A stretch of 64,000 bases of DNA from Eledone cirrhosa (Eukaryota), in assembly GCA_964016885.1 (NCBI GenBank), contig OZ024741.1:72354001-72418000 (forward strand). Direction: 5' to 3'. The notes under the pieces are model-generated. The model made no database searches and was not told the origin of the DNA. It saw only the letters and a program-made list of their open reading frames with translations. Position numbers and translations under genes: made by a program. Positions 15,001-26,294 of this stretch are shown here, one piece after another (within the stretch, counting starts at the first letter, position 1; each line of letters starts with the position of its first letter).

Positions 15001-18000
15001 GATGATGGTGGTGGTGGTGTTGATGACAGTGGTGATGATGGTGGTGGTGGTGCTGATGACAGTGGTGATGATGGTGCTGATGGTGTTGATGACAGTGGTG
15101 ATGATGGTGGTGGTGGTGTTGATGACAGTGGTGATGATGTTGGTGGTGGTGTTGATGACAGTGGTGATGATGGTGGTGGTGGTGTTGATGACAGTGGTGA
15201 TGATGGTGGTGGTGGTGGTGGTGTTGATGACAGTGGCGATGATGGTGGTGGTGGTGGTGGTGTTGATGACAGTTGTTGATGATGGTGGTGGTGGTGTTGA
15301 TGACAGTGGTGATGATGGTGGTGGTGGTGTTGATGACAGTGGTGATGATGGTGGTGGTGGTGCTGATGACAGTGGTGATGATAGTGGTAGTGGTGCTGAT
15401 GACAGTGGTGATGATGGTGGTGGTGGTGGTGGTGTTGATGACAGTTGTGATGATGGTGGTGGTGGTGTTGATGACAGTGGTGATGATGGTGGTGGTGGTG
15501 TTGATGACATGGTGATGATGGTGGTGGTGGTGCTGATGACAGTGGTGATGATGGTGGTGGTGGTGCTGATGACAGTGGTGATGATGGTGGTGGTGATGTT
15601 GATGACAGTGGTGATGATGGTGGTGGTGGTGGTGGTGCTGATGACAGTGGTGATGATGGTGGTGGTGGTGTTGATGACAGTGGTGATGATGGTGGTGGTG
15701 GTGTAGATGACAGTGGTGATGATGGTGGTGGTGGTGCTGATGAAAGTGGTGATGATGGTGGTGGTGGTGTTGATGACAGTGGTGATGATGGTGGTGGTGG
15801 TGGTGGTGTTGATGACAGTGGCGATGATGGTGGTGGTGGTGGTGGTGCTGATGACAGTGGTGATGATGGTGTTGGTGGTGGTGGTGCTGATGACAGTGGT
15901 GATGATGGTGGTGGTGGTGTTGATGACAGTGGTGATGATGGTGGTGGTGGTGGTGGTGTTGATGACAGTGGTGATGATGGTGGTGGTGGTGTTGATGACA
16001 GTGGCGATGATGGTGGTGGTGGTGGTGGTGCTGATGACAGTGGTGATGATGGTGGTGGTGGTGTTGATGACAGTGGTGATGATGGTGGTGGTGGTGCTGA
16101 TGACAGTGGTGATGATGGTGGTGGTGGTGCTGATGACAGTGGTGATGATGGTGGTGGTGGTGTTGATGACAGTGGTGATGATGGTGGTGGTGGTGTTGAT
16201 GACAGTGGTGATGATGGTGGTGGTGGTGTTGATGACAGTGGTGATGATGGTGGTGGTGGTGTTGATGACAGTGGTGATGATGGTGGTGGTGGTGTTGATG
16301 ACAGTGGTGATGATGGTGGTGGTGGTGGTGGTGTTGATGACAGTGGTGATGATGGTGGTGGTGGTGTTGATGACAGTGGTGATGATGGTGGTGGTGTTGA
16401 TGACAGTGGTGATGATGGTGATGGTGGTGTTGATGACAGTGGTGATGATGGTGGTGGTGGTGTTGATGACAGTGGTGATGATGGTGGTGGTGGTGGTGGT
16501 GTTGATGACAGTGGTGATGATGGTGGTGGTGGTGTTGATGACAGTGGTGATGATGGTGGTGGTGGTGGTGTTGATGACAGTGGTGATGATGGTGGTGGTG
16601 TTGATGACAGTGGTGATGATGGTGGTGGTGTTGATGACAGTGGTGATGATGGTGATGGTGGTGTTGATGACAGTGGTGATGATGGTGGTGGTGGTGTTGA
16701 TGACAGTGGTGATGATGGTGGTGGTGGTGTTGATGACAGTGGTGATGATGGTGGTGGTGGTGGTGGTGTTGATGACAGGGGTGATGATGGTGGTGGTGGT
16801 GTTGATGACAGTGGTGATGATGGTGGTGGTGTTGATGACAGTGGTGATGATGGTGATGGTGGTGTTGATGACAGTGGTGATGATGGTGGTGGTGGTGGTG
16901 ATGACAGTGGTGATGATGGTGGTGGTGCTGGTGGTGTTGATGACAGTGGTGATGATGGTGGTGGTGGTGTTGATGACAGTGGTGATGATGGTGGTGGTGG
17001 TGGTGTTGATGACAGTGGTGATGATGGTGATGGTGGTGGTGGTGTTGATGACAGTGGTGATGATGGTGGTGTTGATGACAGTGGTGATGATGGTGGTGGT
17101 GGTGCTGATGACAGTGGTGATGATGGTGGTGGTGGTGGTGGTGTTGATGACAGTGGTGGTGTTGATGACAGTGGTGATGATGGTGGTGGTGGTGGTGGTG
17201 TTGATGACAGTGGTGGTGTTGATGACAGTGGTGATGATGGTGGTGGTGGTGGTGGTGTTGATGACAGTGGTGATGATGGTGGTGGTGGTGTTGATGACAG
17301 TGGTGATGATGGTGGTGGTGGTGGTGATGACAGTGGTGATGATGGTGGTGGTGGTGCTGATGACAGTGGTGATGATGGTGGTGGTGGTGGTGGTGTTGAT
17401 GAGAGTGGTGATGATGGTGGTGCTGGTGTTGATGACAGTGGTGATGATGATGGTGGTGGTGCTGATGACAGTGGTGATGATGGTGGTGGTGGTGTTGATG
17501 ACAGTGGTTATTATGGTGGTGGTGGTGTTGATGACAGTGGTGATGATGGTGGTGGTGGTGGTGGTGTTGATGACAGTGGTGATGATGGTGGTGGTGGTGT
17601 TGATGACAGTGGTGATGGTGGTGGTGGTGGTGTTGATGACAGTGGTGATGATGGTGGTGGTGGTGTTGATGACAGTGGTGATGATGGTGGTGGTGGTGTT
17701 GATGACAGTGGTGATGATGGTGGTGGTGGTGCTGATGACAGTGGTGATGATGGTGCTGATGGTGTTGATGACAGTGGTGATGATGGTGGTGGTGGTGTTG
17801 ATGACAGTGGTGATGATGGTGGTGGTGATGATGGTGGTGGTGGTGTTGATGACAGTGGTGATGATGGTGGTGGTGGTGTTGATGACAGTGGTGATGATGG
17901 TGGTGGTGGTGGTGGTGTTGATGACAGTGGCGATGATGGTGGTGATGGTGGTGGTGTTGATGACAGTGGTGATGATGTTGGTGGTGGTGTTGATGACAGT

Positions 18001-21000
18001 GGTGATGATGGTGGTGGTGGTGTTGATGACAGTGGTGATGATGGTGGTGGTGGTGGTGGTGTTGATGACAGTGGCGATGATGGTGGTGGTGGTGGTGGTG
18101 TTGATGACAGTTGTGATGATGGTGGTGGTGGTGTTGATGACAGTGGTGATGATGGTGGTGGTGGTGTTGATGACAGTGGTGATGATGGTGGTGGTGGTGC
18201 TGATGACAGTGGTGATGATGGTGGTAGTGGTGCTGATGACAGTGGTGATGATGGTGGTGGTGGTGTTGATGACAGTGGTGATGATGGTGGTGGTGGTGTT
18301 GATGACAGTGGTGATGATGGTGGTGGTGGTGCTGATGACAGTGGTGATGATGGTGGTGGTGGTGTTGATGACAGTGGTGATGATGGTGGTGGTGGTGGTG
18401 GTGTTGATGACAGTGGCGATGATGGTGGTGGTGGTGGTGGTGCTGATGACAGTGGTGATGATGGTGGTGGTGGTGGTGGTGCTGATGACAGTGGTGATGA
18501 TGGTGGTGGTGGTGTTGATGTCAGTGGTGATGATGGTGGTGGTGGTGTTGATGACAGTGGTGATGATGGTGGTGGTGGTGTTGATGACAGTGGCGATGAT
18601 GGTGGTGGTGGTGGTGGTGCTGATGACAGTGGTGATGATGGTGGTGGTGGTGTTGATGACAGTGGTGATGATGGTGGTGGTGGTGCTGATGACAGTTGTG
18701 ATGATGGTGGTGGTGGTGCTGATGACAGTGGTTATGATGGTGGTGGTGGTGTTGATGACAGTGGTGATGATGGTGGTGGTGGTGTTGATGACAGTGGTGA
18801 TGGTGGTGGTGGTGGTGTTGATGACAGTGGTGATGATGGTGGTGGTGGTGCTGATGACAGTGGTGATGATGGTGGTGATTGTGCTGATGACAGTGGAGAT
18901 GATGGTGGTGGTGGTGTTGATGACAGTGGTGATGATGGTGGTGGTGGTGTTGATGACAGTGGTGATGGTGGTGGTGGTGGTGCTGATGACAGTGGTGATG
19001 ATGGTGGTGGTGGTGGTGGTGTTGATGACAGTGGTGATGATGGTGGTGGTGGTGTTGATGACAGTGGTGATGATGGTGGTGGTGGTGCTGATGACAGTGG
19101 TGATGATGGTGGTGGTGGTGGTGGTGTTGATGACAGTGGTGATGATGGTGGTGGTGGTGTTGATGACAGTGGTGATGATGGTGGTGGTGGTGGTGATGAC
19201 AGTGGTGATGATGGTGGTGGTGGTGCTGATGACAGTTGTGATGATGGTGGTGGTGGTGGTGGTGCTGATGACAGTGGTTATTATGGTGGTGGTGGTGTTG
19301 ATGACAGTGGTGATGATGGTGGTGGTGGTGTTGATGACAGTGGTGATGGTGGTGGTGGTGGTGTTGATGACAGCGGTGATGATGGTGGTGGTGGTGCTGA
19401 TGACAGTGGTGATGATGGTGGTGGTGGTGTTTATGACAGTGGTGATGATGGTGGTGGTGGTGCTGATGGCAGTGGTGATGATGGTGGTGGTGGTGTTTAT
19501 GACAGTGGTGATGATGGTGGTGGTGGTGCTGATGACAGTGGTGATGATGGTGGTGATTGTGCTGATGACAGTGGTGATGATGGTGGTGGTGGTGTTGATG
19601 ACAGTGGTGATGATGGTGGTGATGGTGTTGATGACAGTGGTGATGATGGTGGTGGTGGTGCTGATGACAGTGGCGATGATGGTGGTGGTGGTGTTGATGA
19701 CAGTGGTGATGATGGTGGTGGTGGTGCTGATGACAGTGGTGATGATGGTGGTGGTGGTGCTGATGACAGTGGTGATGATGGTGGTGGTGGTGTTGATGAC
19801 AGTGGTGATGATGGTGGTGATTGTGCTGATGACAGTGGTGATGATGGTGGTGGTGGTGCTGATGACAGTGGTGATGATGGTGGTGGTGGTGTTGATGACA
19901 GTGGTGATGATGGTGGTGGTGGTGCTGATGACAGTGGTGATGATGGTGGTGGTGGTGCTGATGACAGTGGTGATGATGGTGGTGGTGGTGCTGATGACAG
20001 TGGTGATGATGGTGGTGGTGGTGTTGATGACAGTGGTGATGATGGTGGTGGTGGTGCTGATGACAGTGGTGATGATGGTGGTGGTGGTGCTGATGACAGT
20101 GGTGATGATGGTGGTGGTGGTGTTGATGACAGTGGTGATGATGGTGGTGGTGGTGCTGATGACAGTGGTGATGATGGTGGTGATTGTGCTGATGACAGTG
20201 GTGATGATGGTGGTGGTGGTGCTGATGACAGTGGTGATGATGGTGGTGGTGGTGTTGATGACAGTGGTGATGATGGTGGTGGTGGTGCTGATGACAGTGG
20301 TGATGATGGTGGTGGTGGTGCTGATGACAGTGGTGATGATGATGGTGGTGGTGTTGATGACAGTGGTGATGATGGTGGTGGTGGTGGTGATTGTGCTGAT
20401 GACAGTGGTGATGGTGGTGGTGATGGTGTTGATGACAGTGGTGATGGTGGTGGTGGTGGTGTTGATGACAGTGGTGATGATGGTGGTGGTGGTGTTGATG
20501 ACAGTGGTGATGGTGGTGGTGGTGGTGTTGATGACAGTGGTGATGATGGTGGTGGTGGTGATGGTGTTGATGACAGTGGTGATGGTGGTGGTGGTGGTGT
20601 TGATGACAGTGGTGATGATGGTGGTGATGGTGTTGATGACAGTGGTGATGATGGTGCTGATGGTGTTGATGACAGTGGTGATGATGGTGGTGGTGGTGCT
20701 GATGACAGTGGTGATGATGGTGTTGATGGTGTTGATGACAGTGGTGATGATGGTGGTGGTGGTGCTGATGACAGTGGTGATGATGGTGCTGATGGTGTTG
20801 ATGACAGTGGTGATGATGGTGCTGATGGTGTTGATGACAGTGGTGATGATGGTGGTGGTGGTGCTGATGACAGTGGTGATGATGGTGGTGATGGTGTTGA
20901 TGACAGTGGTGATGATGGTGGTGATGGTGTTGATGACAGTGGTGATGATGGTGGTGGTGGTGCTGATGACAGTGGTGATGATGGTGGTGGTGGTATTGAT

Positions 21001-21060
21001 GACAGTGGTGATGATGCTGGTGGTGGTGTTGATGACAGTGGTGATGATGGTGGTGGTGGT
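1..21060. repeat. GGT/GAT-derived minisatellite array, ~33-bp unit (gatgacagtggtgatgatggtggtggtggtgtt/gct), runs off the left edge
   Basis: Unit repeated throughout with variable GGT number. Diagnostic variants recur at ~3.3-3.4 kb and at 7536 bp spacing. Confidence 0.97.
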
Positions 21061-21335
21061 GGAAATAAGGGTGGTTGTAATGATGGTGATGATCGTTATG
21101 ATGATGCACAGTATGTAGTGTTCAACCTACACATCCTGAATATATATCCTAAGTAAATGTGAACGACTAGATTTGAAGCCCCCCCCCCTTCCTCAACAAA
21201 CAAACAAAAACAAAAACAACAACAAAACAGATTATGAGAAAATTATATGATGATACTGCAAGAATAGAATATGATGGAAAATGTGCAATCTTGGCAGGTT
21301 GTACAGTGCTGACGTAGCACAGCCATAATATATAT

Positions 21336-21340
<5 letters not shown>

Positions 21341-21409
<69 letters not shown>
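21341..21409. repeat. (TA)n microsatellite
   Basis: Direct reading. One of many (TA)n tracts, e.g. 26181-26252, 28003-28092, 37398-37471, 48335-48423. Confidence 0.97.
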
Positions 21410-21412
<3 letters not shown>

Positions 21413-21697
21413 GTGCGGACGATATTTGTTCGCAAGATTACTGTCTAGGAAAAAATAACAATAGTTTTATTTTTTAAGATTTATCAAACATGGGTCAGTT
21501 TGGCGCGGATTCCAAGAAGAACTCCGTATCTCTTCCACAAATTTGGAGGTTCAAAATTATTCATAATCAATTATTCTGAAAATAAATAATGGAAATATAG
21601 TCACTGTTTTTATGAAGACAAGAGTGACAAAGGAAGTAAAAAAAATTTGCATAAAATTAGCAGTTGAAAATTGTGAACAAATATCGTCCGCACCCTG
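21410..21697. mobile_element. Tc1/mariner-like MITE (~288 bp)
   Basis: Terminal inverted repeats caggtgcggacgatatttgttcgcaa and ttgtgaacaaatatcgtccgcaccctg, TA on both sides, no ORF. Confidence 0.75.
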
Positions 21698-21725
21698 TAT
21701 ATACACACACACACACACACACACA

Positions 21726-21758
<33 letters not shown>

Positions 21759-21761
<3 letters not shown>

Positions 21762-21954
21762 TATCCCGGGTTCAATTGGGGGTAACCACAGTAAGTAAGG
21801 TACTCAATACATAGCAGGGTATAAATATTTAATATAGAAAAGGCTTCTACAGGACTATTCAACTGTTTCATTCGGGAGAAATCATCAGGATTGCATTTCT
21901 GATGATTTCTCCCGAATGAAACAGTTCTAGTCCTGTAGACGCCATTTCTATATT
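21759..21954. mobile_element. Penelope-like terminal fragment (family A) as inverted repeat with two hammerhead cores
   Basis: Arms ~21831-21888 and 21899-21954 are reverse complements. CTGATGA...GAAACAG...CTGTA on both strands. Flanked by (TA)n. Homologous to 31082-31205 and 38575-38751. Confidence 0.7.
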
Positions 21955-22275
21955 ATATATATATATATAGTTAAAAGAATAGAGGTGTAACACACAAGTT
22001 ATTATATATTGGTAAACGGAATAGAAAATGCTGACAAATTGTTCACAGTTGAAAAATGGTTTAATTAGGAATAAAAGAGTATTAGTAATTGTATGGGTTA
22101 GTATTCAGTTGTGGTTTTAAGTTTTTAAGTTTTTACCGGTTGCGCATTTCTAAATGCTTTTCAAAAATAATTTTGAGATAGAGTGTCCGTGTTGTTTGCT
22201 CTGATCTGATTAGTTTTGGGAATTCTACCTGTTTTTATGTTAAAAAAGTGGCTCCAGCGCTACTTTGGTGTTGCA

Positions 22276-22530
22276 AAAATGAATAAATTTTAGTTTGTTT
22301 TTATTATCCAATTTGTTGAACCAGCCAATCACTTCAGAAGTACCAAACCATAAATTTAGGTTCAAAGAAGAGCAATTAGAACTAACCTGTGGGATAATTC
22401 TATCCAAGATGGCTTTACTAACAACCCCCAGATCAGATTTAGAGGGGGCGATTAATCTAACAGGTAGTTCAGTGCGAAAATTGTTTTTGTGATCCTTGAG
22501 ATTTATCCTCGGAGTTCTTGGGAGGAATGG
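22276..22530 (-). pseudogene. Inverted upstream segment of the same Penelope RT
   Basis: Minus strand translates PRINLKDHKNNFRTELPVRLIAPSKSDLGVVSKAILDRII..LNLWFGTSEVIGWFNKLDNKNKLKFIHF, which overlaps the start of the + strand RT. Confidence 0.85.
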
Positions 22531-22539
22531 TTCGGTCTT

Positions 22540-24193
22540 TTGGATAATAAAAACAAACTAAAATTTATTCATTTTGATATTGCCAGCTACTATTCCTCCA
22601 TTTCGCCTTCACTTCTCAATAATGCTCTATCTTTCGCACTTAAATATTCTGACATCACCACAGATGAACTTCACATCATCCTCACCGCACGTAAAACCAT
22701 CCTAGAGTTCAACAACGAATATTGGACCAGAGCCGATACCTCTAACAACTTCGACATCACAATGGGAGCATCCGATTCATCCCAATTGACTGATTTAATT
22801 GGTATCTTCATTTTGAACTCTTTGAGTCGGAAAATTCCTCAACTTCGCGGTGGAATTTATCGTGACGATGGACTCTTTACTATCCTAAATTGCAATGTAG
22901 TCAACCTTAATATTATTAAGAACAATATACGTAATCTCTTTAACCAACATAACCTAAAAATTGAATTTGATAATAGTATCAAACTAGCTAATTTCTTGGA
23001 TGTATCTCTTAATCTTGACACTGGCCTATATTACCCTTACCACAAAAACAATGAGAACCTTAATTATGTTAACTTTAAATCTAACCATCCTACCAATATC
23101 AAGAATGCTATAGTTAATAATATTGGAAATAGAATATCTAACATATCTTCTAATAAAAACATCTTTGATGCTAACGCCAATTACTATAATAACGCACTTT
23201 CTAAAGCCGGCTATCCAGATAAAATCAAATATAGTAAAGAAACAAATTCTAGAAAAACTTACAGTAGAATAATTAATCATGACCATTCCAATAATTTTAA
23301 TAAAAGACCTAGATACAAAAACATAATCTGGTATAATGCTCCTTTCTCCATCTCTATTAATAACAATATTCCTAAATTATTTTTTAGTGCCTTAAATAAA
23401 TGCTTCCCTCCCTCACATATCTATAGTAAAATATTTAACAAACACACCATCAAATTTTCGTATTCTACATCCTCCAATATTTCCAACATCATCTCTAAAC
23501 ACAACAATAAAATACTAAATACTAAATCTCTTCCTTCCAATATTGAATTTCATAATAACAGTAATAGTACTCCCGACGTCATTGTAAACCCTAGGCTAAC
23601 TTCTGTAAACCCAAATACAACGTCAAACACAACTTCGCTAAATGTTCATAATCCAACTCTAAATAAAGAAACTATTATTCCTATTATTCCTATCGCAAAC
23701 AACTTCTCCAATCCAATTTCTTCTATAGATAACACTAGATCACTCATTAATAATCTCTCTAATTGCAACTGCCGCATTAAAAATAAATGTCCTCTCAACA
23801 ACCATTGTCTCGATAAAAACTTAATTTATGAATGTAAAATTATAACTAGCACCAATCCCTTCACCTATTTTGGCTCCACTTCCACCTCTTTTAAAGCTCG
23901 TCTCTATAATCATCATTCATCTTTCAAATACAAACTTAAAAGAACTAACACTGCTCTCTCAGAACTCATATGGTCCTTAAAAGACAAAAAACATTAAATA
24001 TACCATCTTTTGGAAGAAGATTTCTTCTGCATCCTCATACTTGAACAGCTCTCTATCTAAAATCTGTAATCTCTGCCTAAATGAAAAATTTACCATTATC
24101 TCTAACCTAGATTCTATAATAAATAGACGCACAGATTTGTTTTCTATCTGCCTGCATAAATTCCATAGAACTTTTCACAAAGTATACAGTTAA
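22540..24193 (+). pseudogene. Penelope-like reverse transcriptase / GIY-YIG endonuclease, frameshifted at ~23990
   Basis: Motifs FIHFDIASYYSSI, FDITMGASDS, GIYRDDGL, NFLDVSLNL, IIWYNAPFS, CNCR..CPL..HCL, IYEC..YFGSTSTSFKARLYNH. After a frameshift in an A-run it continues as ...CNLCLNEK..INRRTDLFSICLH..* ending at 24193. Confidence 0.9.
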
Positions 24194-25213
24194 TATTCAA
24201 TTCTTTATCAATTTAGAATCTTTTCTCAAAGGCACATATACATACACCTCTTTAAAATATACCCATCTTCCTACCATACTTTAAAGGGCTTTATACACTC
24301 TATAATACTTGTTTACTCATTACCCTCACTCTATCTTCACCTTGTAAAATCATTCATAACATATACATCTGTTTTTTTTGACGTTAGAATATTCATCCGC
24401 AATCATTATTTTTTTCTCTCTCTCATAAATCTTTTTAATCTCAATTTCATCCTTAATTTATTTTTTTCTCCCCATCAACGAACTCATTCTTAATACATAT
24501 TAACTCTATTCGCATATATTATCAATTCCTCCAATATACAAACTTTAACTTCACATTATTTTTCTCAAATCCTTCTACACACAAACCTTAATAATTTTTC
24601 TCTTCGTTAATTTTGAAATTGCCACAACATACCCTTTTTTTGACGTTAGAATATTCATCCACAATTATTATTTCTTCTCTCTATCTTCATACATAAATTC
24701 CCTTCGTTAATTTTCAAATTCCTTTAATTTATACATTATCTTCCAACGGTTTCTCAACCTCTCTGTGTAAGGCAATGTATCTTTCTCTCAGTTATAAAAA
24801 CTATCTCTTTCTCTCTATCGCCCATCTCTCCCTCTCCACCTTCACTCTCATCTCCTCCCCCTTTTTTTCATCCTTTCCAGCCCCCCTCCCTAAATAAAAT
24901 ACTTTTTCCTCGCACATATCCTCCTTTCGTTGATTTTCAAAAATTTTTTTGGGTTTATACATTATCTTCCAACGGTTTTCAACCTCTCTGTGTGGGACAG
25001 TATATCTCCTCTCAGTTATAAAAGCTATCTCTTTCTCTCTATCACCCATCTCTCCCTCTCATCTCCTCCCCTTTTTCATCCTTTCCACCCCCCCTCTCTC
25101 TAAATAAAATATTTTTCCCAATATCACACATCAATCTAAAACCACTTTTCATATGTAGATTTAAAACTGCACTATCCACAAGTGTTTTTTAGCCTTCATA
25201 TCATGTTCTCCTG

Positions 25214-25280
25214 TTTTATCTGATGAAAACACAAATATTATTGCATGATGATGTTTGTTTTTGAAATGCGCATAATAAAA
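25214..25280 (+). ncRNA. Minimal type I hammerhead ribozyme in Penelope 3' end
   Basis: Stem I TTTTAT/ATAAAA; core CTGATGA (25220-25226); long stem II; GAAA; palindromic stem III TGCGCA; AUA cleavage triplet. Confidence 0.85.
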
Positions 25281-25403
25281 TACATGGAACTCCTTTAACC
25301 ATCTTTTGATCTTATATTATGCATACTCCAGTCCTACAAACTGTAGAGTGCTTCTTATCCGATATCTGCATTGCTTTATTGTACTACAATAAAACTCACC
25401 TCC

Positions 25404-25436
<33 letters not shown>

Positions 25437-25439
<3 letters not shown>

Positions 25440-25750
25440 ATAAGAAACGGAGAATCAGTGGTGAGACGAATAAAATTTATTAGACATATTACAATCGTTT
25501 CTCTGGCACGATCTCGAGGCACGATCGATGCAATTATCGAACCTCTGCTTCGAAGAGTCGAGGCGCATCTGAGGATCTTGCGATTTCAGAGTCAGGTTCG
25601 ATTATTGCATTGATCGTGCCTCGAACTGGTCGCCAGAGAAACGATTGTAATATGATTCTCCATTTCTTATGTGATATTAGATTCTACTCTGTAAGAGCAT
25701 CGAGTGCTCAAACGGCCTACCGCATACGGACGCTTTAATCATTCCACACC

Positions 25751-25754
<4 letters not shown>
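25437..25754 (+). mobile_element. Short Penelope-like terminal fragment (family B), long hairpin with hammerhead 3' half
   Basis: Inverted repeat ~25437-25673; GAAAC-GATT-GTA at 25638-25649; flanked by (TA)n. Confidence 0.55.
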
Positions 25755-25789
<35 letters not shown>

Positions 25790-25792
25790 CAT

Positions 25793-25835
<43 letters not shown>

Positions 25836-25946
25836 GATACTTAGGGTAAATATTGATGCAATTCAATTCAAGCACTCAACGTACTTATTCCACATAGGAG
25901 TGACGGAGTAAATATCGAATAAGGAAAAGCGAAGTAGTTTCAGATG

Positions 25947-25976
<30 letters not shown>

Positions 25977-25978
<2 letters not shown>

Positions 25979-26177
25979 CGAAGGAAATGTGGTAAGGAAC
26001 CAGGTGGACCATAACGCACCAAAGTACTCAATACTTGAGGTAGTAGAGTGGGTAATAGGAACCAGTAAGACCCCGACAGCTGAGCTCAAGCCGTTTCGAT
26101 GGCTAATTCTGGACTAATTCTAGTCCAGAATTAGCCATCGAAACGGCTTGAGCTCAGCTGTCGGGGTCTTACTGGTT

Positions 26178-26182
<5 letters not shown>
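25977..26182 (-). mobile_element. Short Penelope-like terminal fragment (family C) with perfect 62-bp-arm palindrome
   Basis: 26055-26116 and 26121-26182 are exact reverse complements. GAAA-CGGC-ttgagctca-GCTG-TC hammerhead 3' half. In (TA)n. Confidence 0.6.
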
Positions 26183-26261
<79 letters not shown>

Positions 26262-26294
26262 TATATATATATATATACACACATACATACATAC

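Larger units (their letters stand above)
21970..25406 (+). mobile_element. Penelope-like retroelement (RT + C-terminal GIY-YIG), 5'-rearranged, with hammerhead-bearing 3' end
   Basis: RT and GIY-YIG coding remnants, long 3' region with internal direct repeats (e.g. ~24727-24910 vs ~24955-25115), hammerhead at 25214-25280, (TA)n on both sides. The 5' boundary is uncertain. Confidence 0.85.

Noticed and set aside
1-21060. CRISPR array or telomere
   Set aside because: No unique spacers or cas genes, and no TTAGGG-type repeat.
4-21118. Very long Val/Met, Gly/Asp and poly-His ORFs
   Set aside because: They are alternative frames of a triplet-derived satellite; proteins switch frame at single indels and have no unique domains.
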